Below, one piece after another: positions 1-8,985 of a DNA stretch of 64,000 nucleotides. This stretch comes from Bacteroidota bacterium (GTDB lineage: Bacteria; Bacteroidota; Bacteroidia; AKYH767-A; 2013-40CM-41-45): positions 3,663 through 67,662 of the forward strand of contig JBJOMN010000054.1 in NCBI GenBank assembly GCA_046052345.1, read 5' to 3'. The notes under the pieces were generated by a model. The model made no database searches and was not told the origin of the DNA. It saw nothing but the letters and a program-made list of their open reading frames with translations. How positions within the stretch are numbered: position 1 is the first letter of the stretch; each line of letters starts with the position of its first letter. Both the position numbers and the translations under genes were made by a program.

Positions 1-899
1 GCCATGCAACCGCTGCCGGCCGCCGTTACGGCCTGACGGTAATACTTGTCAGCCACGTCTCCGGCCGCGAAAACACCTTCGACATTCGTCTTTGTGCTGC
101 CGGGAACCGTCTTGATGTACCCCGTACCGTCCATGTCGATCCAGCCTTTGAAAATATCGGAATTCGGTTGATGGCCGATGGCGACGAAGAATCCTGTGAC
201 ATCCAACCGCCGGTCCTGACCTGTCTTCACGTCAGTGACAAGCACTCCGTCAACGGTTTTTTCCCCAAGGATCTCCTTGGTCTCGTGACTCCACAGGACT
301 TCGATATTCGGAGTGTTGAGGACCCGATGCTGCATGGCTTTGCTGGCACGCATCTCGTCACGGCGTACGATCATGTAGACCTTGCTGCATAATTTCGCGA
401 GATAGGTCGCTTCTTCAGCTGCCGTATCACCTGCTCCGACGATGGCGACTGTCTGACCTCTAAAGAAGAATCCGTCACAAACTGCGCACGCTGAGACTCC
501 GTATCCGTTCAGTTTTTGTTCGGAGGGCAGCCCCAGCCACTTTGCAGATGCTCCGGTGGAAATGATGACTGAATCGGCCAGGATGGTCTTGTTCTCGTCG
601 ACAACCACTTTATGTACAGGCCCGGTGAAATCCACTGACGTGGCATATCCGAACCGGATGTCGGTCCCGAAACGTTCAGCTTGCGCCTTGAAGTCCTCCA
701 TCATCTCCGGCCCCATCGTTCCCTTGGGGTATCCGGGGTAATTTTCGACTTCCGTAGTGATGGTCAACTGACCGCCGGGCTGCAGTCCTTGATACAGGAC
801 CGGCTTAAGGTCGGCACGGGCGGCATAGATGGCGGCGGTATATCCGGCAGGACCGGAACCGATGATCAGGCATTTGACGTGTTCGGGATGTTCTGACAT
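1..899 (-). CDS. trxB: thioredoxin-disulfide reductase, 3' end truncated by the window edge
   Basis: Reverse translation from 899 gives MSEHPEHVKCLIIGSGPAGY (FAD GxGxxG). The reverse complement at the window start gives ...AVTAAGSGCMA, matching the TrxB C-terminal region. Not in the ORF track because the ORF is open at the edge. Confidence 0.85.
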   Translation of the reverse strand, partial: MSEHPEHVKCLIIGSGPAGYTAAIYAARADLKPVLYQGLQPGGQLTITTEVENYPGYPKGTMGPEMMEDFKAQAERFGTDIRFGYATSVDFTGPVHKVVVDENKTILADSVIISTGASAKWLGLPSEQKLNGYGVSACAVCDGFFFRGQTVAIVGAGDTAAEEATYLAKLCSKVYMIVRRDEMRASKAMQHRVLNTPNIEVLWSHETKEILGEKTVDGVLVTDVKTGQDRRLDVTGFFVAIGHQPNSDIFKGWIDMDGTGYIKTVPGSTKTNVEGVFAAGDVADKYYRQAVTAAGSGCM

Positions 900-919
900 G
901 GATTTGCAATAAAGGTCGG

Positions 920-927
920 CAAAGGTA
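920..927 (-). promoter_or_regulatory. candidate Bacteroidota -7 element (TAnnTTTG, here TACCTTTG) upstream of trxB
   Basis: Minus strand reads TACCTTTG about 20 nt upstream of the trxB ATG. Motif match only. Confidence 0.25.
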
Positions 928-950
928 AGAATTCCTCCGCAGGCCGGTCC

Positions 951-1862
951 TCAACGGGCGATGATTGTGTCGTAGGTAGTGGAGTAAGCACACCAGATTC
1001 CCAGTCCCCCTGCGATATTTCCGTTGACGGGCGTCACCGATCCGAACGGATTGCCGCTGTTGGAGACCTGGGTCTCTTCCGACCGCCAGAATTCGAAGGA
1101 GGCCCGGTCGATACTGCAGAATTTCACAGCGATCGTGTCGCCGCGCTTGAAAAAGAAATTCTCTTCGAAGAGGTCGTCCTCCTTGTTGGAGTTGTAGGCT
1201 TTACCGCGCACTACATTGAAATCGAAACTCCTGCCGTTGATGAATTTATCTTCGAAAACTGATCCTAACGGAGCCAGAAAGACGGAATCCTTTACTTGTC
1301 CGGCGTTTCTGCCATAGGTATAGCGGTTGATGCGTCTGGCAAACCACCGGTAATTGTTGCCGAATGTGTCCGGCTCGGTCAGGTGTGCCCATGCGAATCC
1401 CAAAGAATCCCTTTCTCCGTCCGGTTTCCACCACACACTGTCCAACGGTACCGGCAAAGGCATGTATGTGGAGGATGAAATTGTCTTGCCCTCTGCCGAT
1501 ATGGTCAGACGGTAGGTCCTCCCGGCGGCGCCGGTGATACGTGTACTCACATAATACCCTAATCCCGGAAGCGGCTGCACGAGGGTGTCAGAGGTGATTC
1601 CGTCGTCGACGACCACGGTCGCACCCGAAACTGAATTCTCCACCACCGTATTGAGGTTGATGGATCCGAAAAAAGCCAGGGAACGGGACAGAAAAAGGTA
1701 AGGGGCGATTCCGGGTTCCACGTATCCTTCTACCACCAGTAATGGCTCGCTTTCGGGAAGTTCCACGGTCACGGTTTTCTCGCAGCCTGTGAGTGCCAGC
1801 AGCGACGCCAAAGCCCCCGCAAGGAGGTATGGATTCTTAAGGAGGTTCAAACTCTTGTGCAT
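951..1862 (-). CDS. DUF4249-family lipoprotein (TonB-receptor-associated)
   Basis: Signal peptide plus lipobox (LALTGC), 303 aa. It sits immediately downstream of a TonB-dependent receptor, which is the conserved pairing in Bacteroidota. Confidence 0.65.
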   Translation of the reverse strand: MHKSLNLLKNPYLLAGALASLLALTGCEKTVTVELPESEPLLVVEGYVEPGIAPYLFLSRSLAFFGSINLNTVVENSVSGATVVVDDGITSDTLVQPLPGLGYYVSTRITGAAGRTYRLTISAEGKTISSSTYMPLPVPLDSVWWKPDGERDSLGFAWAHLTEPDTFGNNYRWFARRINRYTYGRNAGQVKDSVFLAPLGSVFEDKFINGRSFDFNVVRGKAYNSNKEDDLFEENFFFKRGDTIAVKFCSIDRASFEFWRSEETQVSNSGNPFGSVTPVNGNIAGGLGIWCAYSTTYDTIIAR

Positions 1863-1866
1863 CGGG

Positions 1867-4266
1867 TCAGAATTTGAAATTCCATGTCACACTGGGAATG
1901 ATAGGAAATAGTGATATCTGTTTCGCTGCAACAGTCACTGTTCCGTCGTCCTGGTCTACCGCCGTGTCGAAATAGATGATGTACGGATTATAGCGGTTGT
2001 AGACATTGAAGATGCTGAAGTTCCAGGAAGAGTCGAATTTCTTGCCCGGTTTGCTTTTCAATGTTGCAGATACGTCTAGCCGGTGATAGGCCGGCAATCG
2101 GTAATTGTTGCGCTGGCCACCATAGTCTTCCAGGACATGTCCGTTGCTGAGCACGTAAAGTCTCTCCGGGAATGTGTTCAGGTTGCCGGTCGCATAGACC
2201 CAGGTGGCACCGATGTTCCAGCGTGAGGAGATGTCATAGGAGGCGACGATGGAGACATCGTGACGGCGATCGAATTTGGCGTAGAAGGTTTTCCCGTTGT
2301 TCAGGTCGGGAAATGTGCGTTCCGTCCAGGAAAGCGTATAGCCGATCCATCCGCTGAAACGGCCTTTGGATTTCTTGAAAAAGAACTCGGCGCCGTAACT
2401 GCGGCCGCTGCCGAATACGAAATTGTTGTCTACGTTGTCGTTGACGGTGTTTTCCGGGAGGAAACCTTCGGCATATTCGATCTGATTTTCAAGGGTCTTG
2501 TAATAAAGTTCCACGGAGGATTCAAATGTGTTCTCCTTGAAGTTCCGGAAGTAGCCCGCCGCGTACTGTATGCCGTATTGGGGACGCACGAGGTCCGTAC
2601 TGGGGACCCACACGTCGGTCGGCAGTGAAATGGAGGAGAGGGAGGCCAGATGTATGTATTGATAGTTCTGGGTGTAGGAGGCTTTCAGGCTGGAACGGCT
2701 GTCGATGGTATAACGGAGTGCCAGCCGCGGCTCGACATTCCTGTAGGTCTTGACGTTCTCTCCGCTGCCGTATCTTGTCGTGTCGCTTACCTGTCCGCTG
2801 AGCGGATCTTTCAGATAGCGGTCAAAAGGACCGACTTGCTGGAAAAGTGTTCCCCTTAGTCCCATACCGGCCTTCCAACGGTCCGAAATTTCGAATTCAT
2901 CGTTGATGTAGATCGCCGCGTCGTGGGCATAGTTGCGGATGACCTTACCCAGATCGAATTGAACGTCTCCGGATTGCGCCGAAACGTTGCTGGGAACGAA
3001 GACATGGTAGATATACTGTCCGCCGAACTTGATATTGTGCCGAAGGTTCGGGATCCAGGTGAAATCCGACTTCATATTGTAGTCGGTGATCCCGGAAAAC
3101 AATTTGAATCGGATGGATTCCTGTCCTCCTTCGAATTGAAAGTCGTAGTTGGTGAAGATCAGGGAGGTATTGGAGAACAGTCGGTCGCTGAACAGGTGGT
3201 TCCAGCGGGCAGTGGCTGTCGCATTTCCCCAGGGCACACGTATGGAAAAATCGGAGCCGCTGGCTTGGAATCCGAATACATCTCGACCGAAATATCCGCT
3301 CAGATACACCCGGTCGCGGTCCGTGAAGCGGTAGTTCACTTTCGCATTCAGGTCATAGAAGTAATAGCTATTCCCGTAAAGGTCAGAGCTCTTCGAAGTG
3401 AACGGAGGCTTGAAGAAAAGGTCGATGAACGTCCTTCGTCCCGACAGTATGAAAGATCCGGTATCTTCCTTGATCGGTCCCTGCACGGTGAAGCGGCTGG
3501 ACACGACTCCCAATCCTCCCTCTGCGCTGTAGTCGCGGTAGTTGCCCTCCTTGAGCTGGATGTCCAGCACCGAGGCGAGTCTTCCGCCGTAGTTCGCAGG
3601 CATGCCTCCTTTGGTGAGTGTCACGTTCTGTACGGCATCCGCATTGAAAACGGAAAAGAATCCGAAGAGGTGTGCGGCATTGTAGACATTGGCCTCGTCC
3701 AGAAGGATCAGGTTCTGATCAGGTCCGCCACCCCGCACATAAAAGCCGCTGTTGCCCTCGCCGGCGCTTGAAACACCGGGTAGCAGCTGGACGGCTTTCA
3801 GGATGTCGACTTCTCCCATGAAGGCGGGAAGGGACTTTATCTTCTCGACGTCGATGGTTTCACGACCCATCTGCACACTCTGGATATTCTTGTCTTCCCG
3901 CTCGGCGGAAATCACGACTTCCTTAGTTTCGATCGCTTTGGTACGGAGTGCGATATTCATCCGGGTGTCCTTGTCCAGCACCAATTTCTCTTCGGATGGT
4001 TCGAATCCGATATAGGTATAAACGACGGTGTAGTTTCCCGGGGGTAGTGTGATCGAGTAGAACCCGTAGGCGTTGGAGGTGGTTCCTGTCCGGGCCTCCC
4101 TCACATATACGGCGGCACCCGGCATAGATTCCCCCGTCCGTTGCTCCCTGATGAAGCCGCTGAGTGTGAAGCGTTGCTGCAGATCTTTCCTTTCGCCTCC
4201 GAAGGCAGTCAGGACAGGGAGGAGCAGCAGCGTGGAAAAAAGAAGGCGGATGGGAAACTGGCGCAT
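1867..4266 (-). CDS. TonB-dependent receptor with N-terminal carboxypeptidase-regulatory-like domain
   Basis: 799 aa with signal peptide, a CarbopepD_reg-like stretch (PPGNYTVVYTYIGFEP), plug motifs (GVSSAGEGNSGFYVRGGGPDQNLILLD) and a C-terminal F. Confidence 0.85.
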   Translation of the reverse strand: MRQFPIRLLFSTLLLLPVLTAFGGERKDLQQRFTLSGFIREQRTGESMPGAAVYVREARTGTTSNAYGFYSITLPPGNYTVVYTYIGFEPSEEKLVLDKDTRMNIALRTKAIETKEVVISAEREDKNIQSVQMGRETIDVEKIKSLPAFMGEVDILKAVQLLPGVSSAGEGNSGFYVRGGGPDQNLILLDEANVYNAAHLFGFFSVFNADAVQNVTLTKGGMPANYGGRLASVLDIQLKEGNYRDYSAEGGLGVVSSRFTVQGPIKEDTGSFILSGRRTFIDLFFKPPFTSKSSDLYGNSYYFYDLNAKVNYRFTDRDRVYLSGYFGRDVFGFQASGSDFSIRVPWGNATATARWNHLFSDRLFSNTSLIFTNYDFQFEGGQESIRFKLFSGITDYNMKSDFTWIPNLRHNIKFGGQYIYHVFVPSNVSAQSGDVQFDLGKVIRNYAHDAAIYINDEFEISDRWKAGMGLRGTLFQQVGPFDRYLKDPLSGQVSDTTRYGSGENVKTYRNVEPRLALRYTIDSRSSLKASYTQNYQYIHLASLSSISLPTDVWVPSTDLVRPQYGIQYAAGYFRNFKENTFESSVELYYKTLENQIEYAEGFLPENTVNDNVDNNFVFGSGRSYGAEFFFKKSKGRFSGWIGYTLSWTERTFPDLNNGKTFYAKFDRRHDVSIVASYDISSRWNIGATWVYATGNLNTFPERLYVLSNGHVLEDYGGQRNNYRLPAYHRLDVSATLKSKPGKKFDSSWNFSIFNVYNRYNPYIIYFDTAVDQDDGTVTVAAKQISLFPIIPSVTWNFKF

Positions 4267-4321
4267 GAACGGCTCAAAGGTAACAACCCGCGTTGCTCAT
4301 TGTTCAACCGCCGCGATAAAC

Positions 4322-4359
4322 TGCTAAAGAACAAAAGCCGCTCCATGAGGTGCGGCTTT
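4322..4359 (-). terminator. intrinsic terminator downstream of rnpB
   Basis: Minus strand reads AAAGCCGC-loop-GCGGCTTT followed by TTTTGTTCTTT. Confidence 0.5.
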
Positions 4360-4361
4360 CA

Positions 4362-4753
4362 TTATCATCGTTTCGTATAAGCCGGGTTCTGTTCGCGGTG
4401 TCGCCACCGCGCCTGTCATTTATCTGGGACGGGACTCGCATCCCGCCTCGATCGACCTACCCGCCAGGCTTTCCCCGAAGGGAAGGAGCGGGCCGCTCCA
4501 TGCCTGACCTATTTGGTCTTTCAACGCCTGAGGTTTACCCGCCCGACATGTCACCATGCCGGGCCGTGGGCTCTTACCCCACGTTTTCACCCTTACCCCG
4601 AATGAACGAGGCGGTTTGGTTCTCTGTGGCACTTTCTGTTGCCGGTGAACCGGCACCTTCCCGTTAGGAAGCAGGCTGCCCTGTGTTGCCCGGACTTTCC
4701 TCTTCCTTCCGATGAAAAGAAGCGACAGTCCCGAATTCCGATGAAAGAACTTT
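4362..4753 (-). ncRNA. rnpB: RNase P RNA, bacterial type A
   Basis: Minus strand contains GGAAAGTCCGGGC..ACAGGGCAGC.., GGGGTAAGAGCCCACGG and the 3' ACAGAACCCGGCTTA box. Length is about 390 nt. A TACCTTTG -7 motif at 4761-4768 lies just upstream. Ends are approximate. Confidence 0.85.
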
Positions 4754-4852
4754 CTGTCTGCAAAGGTACGTATTTACCTCCTCATTTTCAACGTACTATA
4801 CGGTCAGGACAAGAGCCCTTCCCCGTAAACTTTCCTTATCTTTACGCCGCTT

Positions 4853-6928
4853 ATGAAGATTGTCACCGAATCGTCCGCTTGGTGGATCATACTTTGTGTG
4901 CTGGCGGGCGCAGGGTACGCATATCTTCTCTACCGTCATCCCTCGCCTTTTACTTCACGATTGAGGTCGGTCCTGGCTGTTTTCCGTGGAATCGTAGTAG
5001 CTCTCCTTTGCTTTCTGCTTCTAAATCCGCTTATCCGCACGGTATCCCGCGAACGCGAGAAACCCTTGCTGATACTTGCTGCCGATGATTCGGAAAGCAT
5101 GCTTTCTTCCGATACCGCTGCTGCCCGCACCGCACTTCCCGCTTTTTTGAAACGTATCAGTAATGGCGTCGGCGACAAATACGAGGTCCATGTGCTTTCC
5201 TTCTCTGACCGGGTGGAGGAGGGGAAGCCGCTGGAGTTCCGGGGACAGCAGACCGATTATTCCGCACTCATAAAGGCGCTTAACGATCGCTATTCCAACC
5301 GGAATGTGGGCGCAGTCGTCATCGCAACGGACGGACTTTACAACAAGGGCGCGAATCCCGTTTTCGATCCGCTTGATATCAAAGCGCCTGTCCATACGGT
5401 CGCTTTAGGTGACACGACCGTACGGAAGGATCTCGTCCTTTCGGACGTGGCCTACAACCGTACGGCCTATCTTGGCAACACCTTTCCGCTGGAGATCACG
5501 GTTTCTTCACGGCAGTGCAGCGGCAGTTCCTTCAATCTCACGGTTTCGCAGGACTCTGCCGTGCTTTTCAGGAGGAATATTACAGCAGCGGGTAACCGGT
5601 ACCGGTTAAAGGTTCCGGTCGCTTTAGACGCGAAGAAAAAGGGCTTGATGCGTCTGCACCTCGAACTTACCTCGCTTCCCGGAGAAGTCTCCTCAGAAAA
5701 CAATAGCAGGGATATTTATGTCGAGGTAAGAGAAAGTAAGGAGAAAGTTCTTGTCCTGGCCAATGCCCCTCATCCGGACCTGGGAGCCATCCGCACCCAG
5801 TTGGAACAGTCGCAAAATTACTCTGTCACCGTCAAGATGATTGACGAGGCGCCCTCGGCGTTTAACGAGTTCAATCTTGTCGTTTTACACGACCTTCCGT
5901 CCAATCGGAATCCGTTGACGGAACTTTTTTCAAAACTCAGGGCCGCAGGAACTCCTTCCCTTTTCATTTTAGGGTCTCAAACCGACCTTGTCTCACTGAA
6001 CCGGCTGGAAGCAGGATTGAAAGTAATTACCAATACTGCCGGAAAAAGCAATGCCGTCCAGCTGGCACTGAATCCGTCATTCTCGCTTTTCACGCTTTCC
6101 CAAGAGACAGGCGAGAGGGTTTCAGGCTTTCCTCCGCTCCAGGCTCCGTTCGGTGAGTATCGTCCCGATGGTGCTCCCGCTGTCCTGGGTTACCAGCAGG
6201 TAGGAGCCGTACGGACCAACGAGCCGCTGTTGTTCTTCCTGGAATCAGGCAACAACCGCTCCGGATTCATCTGCGGCGAAGGATACTGGCGTTGGCCGGT
6301 TTCGGAGTACGCGAGGTTCGGTTCCGTGCTTGTGTCCCGGGAGATACTTGTAAAGTCTGTCCAATACCTTTCCGTGAAAGATCAACGCAGTCGTTTCCGT
6401 ATAACCGCAAAGAACAGCTATAACGAGAATGAGCCGGTACTGATGGATGCTGAGCTGTTCAACGAAAATTTTGAAATGGTGAATTCACCCGAGGTGAAAG
6501 TGGAGATCACGGACCGGTCAGGAAAGAAATTCCCGTTCGTGTTCTCAAAAACGGAACGCGCCTACGCCCTGAATGCAGGGTTTCTGCCCCCCGGCGATTA
6601 TTCCTACAGGGCATCGGCTCAGCTGGGGGATCGCAGTTCGGTCGCTTCCGGGTCGTTTTCTGTTGCTGAAATCAGGGCCGAGCAGACGGAGACAGTCGCA
6701 GACCACGCCCTGCTCGGTGCATTGGCTTCCGCACATGGCGGAGAGATGTTCTCCTTGCAGGAAGGAGATGAACTGCTCTCTACGCTGCTGGAAGATGATC
6801 AATCCAAAATCGTCAGTTACTCCAGGATCCGTCTGCAGGATCTCATCGACTGGAAGTGGCTGTTCGCTTTGCTCACGTTGCTATTGGGTGTCGAATGGTT
6901 GTTGCGAAAACGTGCAGGATCCTATTGA
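4853..6928 (+). CDS. membrane protein with BatA-like N-terminal double-TM region and a vWA-like (DxSxS) domain, with a C-terminal TM anchor
   Basis: Two N-terminal TM helices are followed by LLILAADDSESM...VVIATDGLYN. The C-terminus ends WKWLFALLTLLLGVEWLLRKR. 691 aa. Confidence 0.5.
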   Translation: MKIVTESSAWWIILCVLAGAGYAYLLYRHPSPFTSRLRSVLAVFRGIVVALLCFLLLNPLIRTVSREREKPLLILAADDSESMLSSDTAAARTALPAFLKRISNGVGDKYEVHVLSFSDRVEEGKPLEFRGQQTDYSALIKALNDRYSNRNVGAVVIATDGLYNKGANPVFDPLDIKAPVHTVALGDTTVRKDLVLSDVAYNRTAYLGNTFPLEITVSSRQCSGSSFNLTVSQDSAVLFRRNITAAGNRYRLKVPVALDAKKKGLMRLHLELTSLPGEVSSENNSRDIYVEVRESKEKVLVLANAPHPDLGAIRTQLEQSQNYSVTVKMIDEAPSAFNEFNLVVLHDLPSNRNPLTELFSKLRAAGTPSLFILGSQTDLVSLNRLEAGLKVITNTAGKSNAVQLALNPSFSLFTLSQETGERVSGFPPLQAPFGEYRPDGAPAVLGYQQVGAVRTNEPLLFFLESGNNRSGFICGEGYWRWPVSEYARFGSVLVSREILVKSVQYLSVKDQRSRFRITAKNSYNENEPVLMDAELFNENFEMVNSPEVKVEITDRSGKKFPFVFSKTERAYALNAGFLPPGDYSYRASAQLGDRSSVASGSFSVAEIRAEQTETVADHALLGALASAHGGEMFSLQEGDELLSTLLEDDQSKIVSYSRIRLQDLIDWKWLFALLTLLLGVEWLLRKRAGSY

Positions 6929-6949
6929 TTCCTTATCCGCTAGACTCCG

Positions 6950-8983
6950 ATGATGATCCGAACGCTCATTGTGTGCAGAACCCTGATTACCGAACGGTTA
7001 TGGTCTACCGGTAGGTTCCTGCTCACAGCGCTTTTCATCTTGTCCCTTTCGGCATGCTCCGGTTACCGGGTTGAAAACTTCAGGCCTGTAGTCAACATAA
7101 AACTTCCTGCCGACAAGTCCTTCGAAGTGGATATGGACAGCGTGATCGTAGCGGGCATACAGGCCCCGACTCTCCGTCAGGTAAAGGACGGACTGTTCCG
7201 CTTCATCTTCGAGGTGAAGCAAAGGCCAGATGACGAGAGGCTATTCTACAAGATCTTCTACCAGAACGAGCAGTATAAGTTCCCGGAATCCGTGGACGGA
7301 AAGTACGACTCCCTTTGTCTGGAGAATTTCTACGGAAGTTGGGGAGAGAAGGATCTGGGCTTCAAACCTATCCCTAAAGGGACCTCCCGTATCAGCGACG
7401 GCTTCCGGATAGTGGGCAATCCGCGCAACGAGAGGAAGTTTTTCGGTGTGCCGATGGATCAATATCAGGTCTCCGAGCAGGCAGTCGATGCTCAAATGGA
7501 GGTCATTCGCAGTTCCCCCGATTGGTACGCTTCCGTCCGTGAAAAGGCGGTTGTCAACAAGATGCCTGTGGAGCAACAGCTTCGGCTGGATGCCATTTAT
7601 GCCATTTGCTATTCACGTGACCGCGGTTCCGTCAATCACCGTTGGAAGCGGAATCCGAGGATGGGACGTTACAGCGCCCTGCTGGTTGTCTGCACCGAGT
7701 CCGATCTGGAAAAGATCCCCGAATACATCCGTGACATCTCCCTTACCAGGGACGGTAAATATGTGAACCCCTACCATTATTTTATTTTCGGGGAGGGTGC
7801 TCATCTCTCAGGGACACAAGTGTTGCTGGATTCCTCTTTTCTCCGTCTCAAGAGCCGTGTCCGCGTCGGCAAAGGAGTGTTCATCAACAAGGCTGAACAG
7901 CAGAATGATCAGGAGTACGGGCATCTGAACTCTTCTTGTAACAATACCTCGGACATGTTCAGGACCGCCCATATCGAGCAGTTCTTTCATGCGGAAATCA
8001 GGGACTATCGAATGAATACCATCCCGGTAATCGCAGATGTCCCGAACGACGGTTATTCCCGCAGCGACTTCGAAGCAGGCGAAAAACGCTGGACCGAGGA
8101 TGAAATGATCAAGGATTACATCCGTTCCTCCAATTGTCCTTGTAAGACCGTCAAGGTTTCCGACGACGGAACCGTCGACATATTCAATCCTAAGTCAACG
8201 GATCTGGGTCGCGCCAGGAAGGAAAATGTCGGAATCAAGACCAGGATAGGATATACCTACGGCACCTTCACCGCAAAGGTGAAATTCCCCTCTCAACTGA
8301 ATTCCACCAACGTGTGGAACGGTATCACAAACGCGTTCTGGATGTTGTATCAGGACAGTCAGGGATGGAACAATCGCCGTGATTCGAAGACCGGATATGC
8401 CCAGAAAGGTGTTTATTCTCCTGACGCACCACGCTCTACGGCGACTTTCTATTCGGAAATCGATTTCGAGATGGTCAAGACCTCCCGTTATTGGCCGGCA
8501 GTATATTACAAGGACTCCTTGAGCCATATCGACGACGGACGCTCCAACCACGATGTCATTGTCACCAATACGAACTTCGACCTGGCCTGCAAGGATCCTG
8601 TCCGTTTCAGCGGAAAGTTCGCTCCGACAAGTTATAACGGTCTGGCGTTCGAGCCCTTCCGATGGGAGCCCTGGCACCAGGCACTTACCATCCGGACACC
8701 CGTACCTAATGATGAGCTCTATGATCCTGATTTTTTCCTGTATCAGATCGAATGGAAACCCACGGAGATCATCTGGAGGATCGGTCCGTCCAAGGACCGG
8801 ATGCGGGTGGTGGGTTATATGAACGATGAAGTGACCATGATTCCCAACAACCAGATGGTCATGTTGGTCACTCAGGAGTACCACCGTACCGACTGGTGGC
8901 CTCCGATGCCCTTCCCTCAGGAATACGTGCCTTTCCTGAAAGAAGACCTTCATGGAAAGATATTTGATTTCGAGGTGGAATAA
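6950..8983 (+). CDS. lipoprotein with C-terminal GH16-like (concanavalin/beta-glucanase fold) domain
   Basis: Lipobox LSLSACSG. The C-terminal third carries GH16 landmarks: RIGYTYGTFTAKVKFP, NAFWMLYQD, an ExDxE catalytic-type motif (SEIDFEM) and YQIEWKPTEIIWRIG. Confidence 0.55.
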   Translation: MMIRTLIVCRTLITERLWSTGRFLLTALFILSLSACSGYRVENFRPVVNIKLPADKSFEVDMDSVIVAGIQAPTLRQVKDGLFRFIFEVKQRPDDERLFYKIFYQNEQYKFPESVDGKYDSLCLENFYGSWGEKDLGFKPIPKGTSRISDGFRIVGNPRNERKFFGVPMDQYQVSEQAVDAQMEVIRSSPDWYASVREKAVVNKMPVEQQLRLDAIYAICYSRDRGSVNHRWKRNPRMGRYSALLVVCTESDLEKIPEYIRDISLTRDGKYVNPYHYFIFGEGAHLSGTQVLLDSSFLRLKSRVRVGKGVFINKAEQQNDQEYGHLNSSCNNTSDMFRTAHIEQFFHAEIRDYRMNTIPVIADVPNDGYSRSDFEAGEKRWTEDEMIKDYIRSSNCPCKTVKVSDDGTVDIFNPKSTDLGRARKENVGIKTRIGYTYGTFTAKVKFPSQLNSTNVWNGITNAFWMLYQDSQGWNNRRDSKTGYAQKGVYSPDAPRSTATFYSEIDFEMVKTSRYWPAVYYKDSLSHIDDGRSNHDVIVTNTNFDLACKDPVRFSGKFAPTSYNGLAFEPFRWEPWHQALTIRTPVPNDELYDPDFFLYQIEWKPTEIIWRIGPSKDRMRVVGYMNDEVTMIPNNQMVMLVTQEYHRTDWWPPMPFPQEYVPFLKEDLHGKIFDFEVE

Positions 8984-8985
8984 CG

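Noticed and set aside
2923-3771. 282-aa plus-strand ORF and several other ORFs within 2172-4380
   Set aside because: All lie inside or antisense to the TonB-dependent receptor gene, which has plug and barrel signatures. They are treated as GC-driven shadow ORFs.
4350-5088. Three overlapping hypothetical ORFs (4350..4667 +, 4420..4656 -, 4639..5088 +)
   Set aside because: The 4362-4753 region is the RNase P RNA gene. The remainder is upstream sequence and the start of the BatA-like gene (true start 4853).
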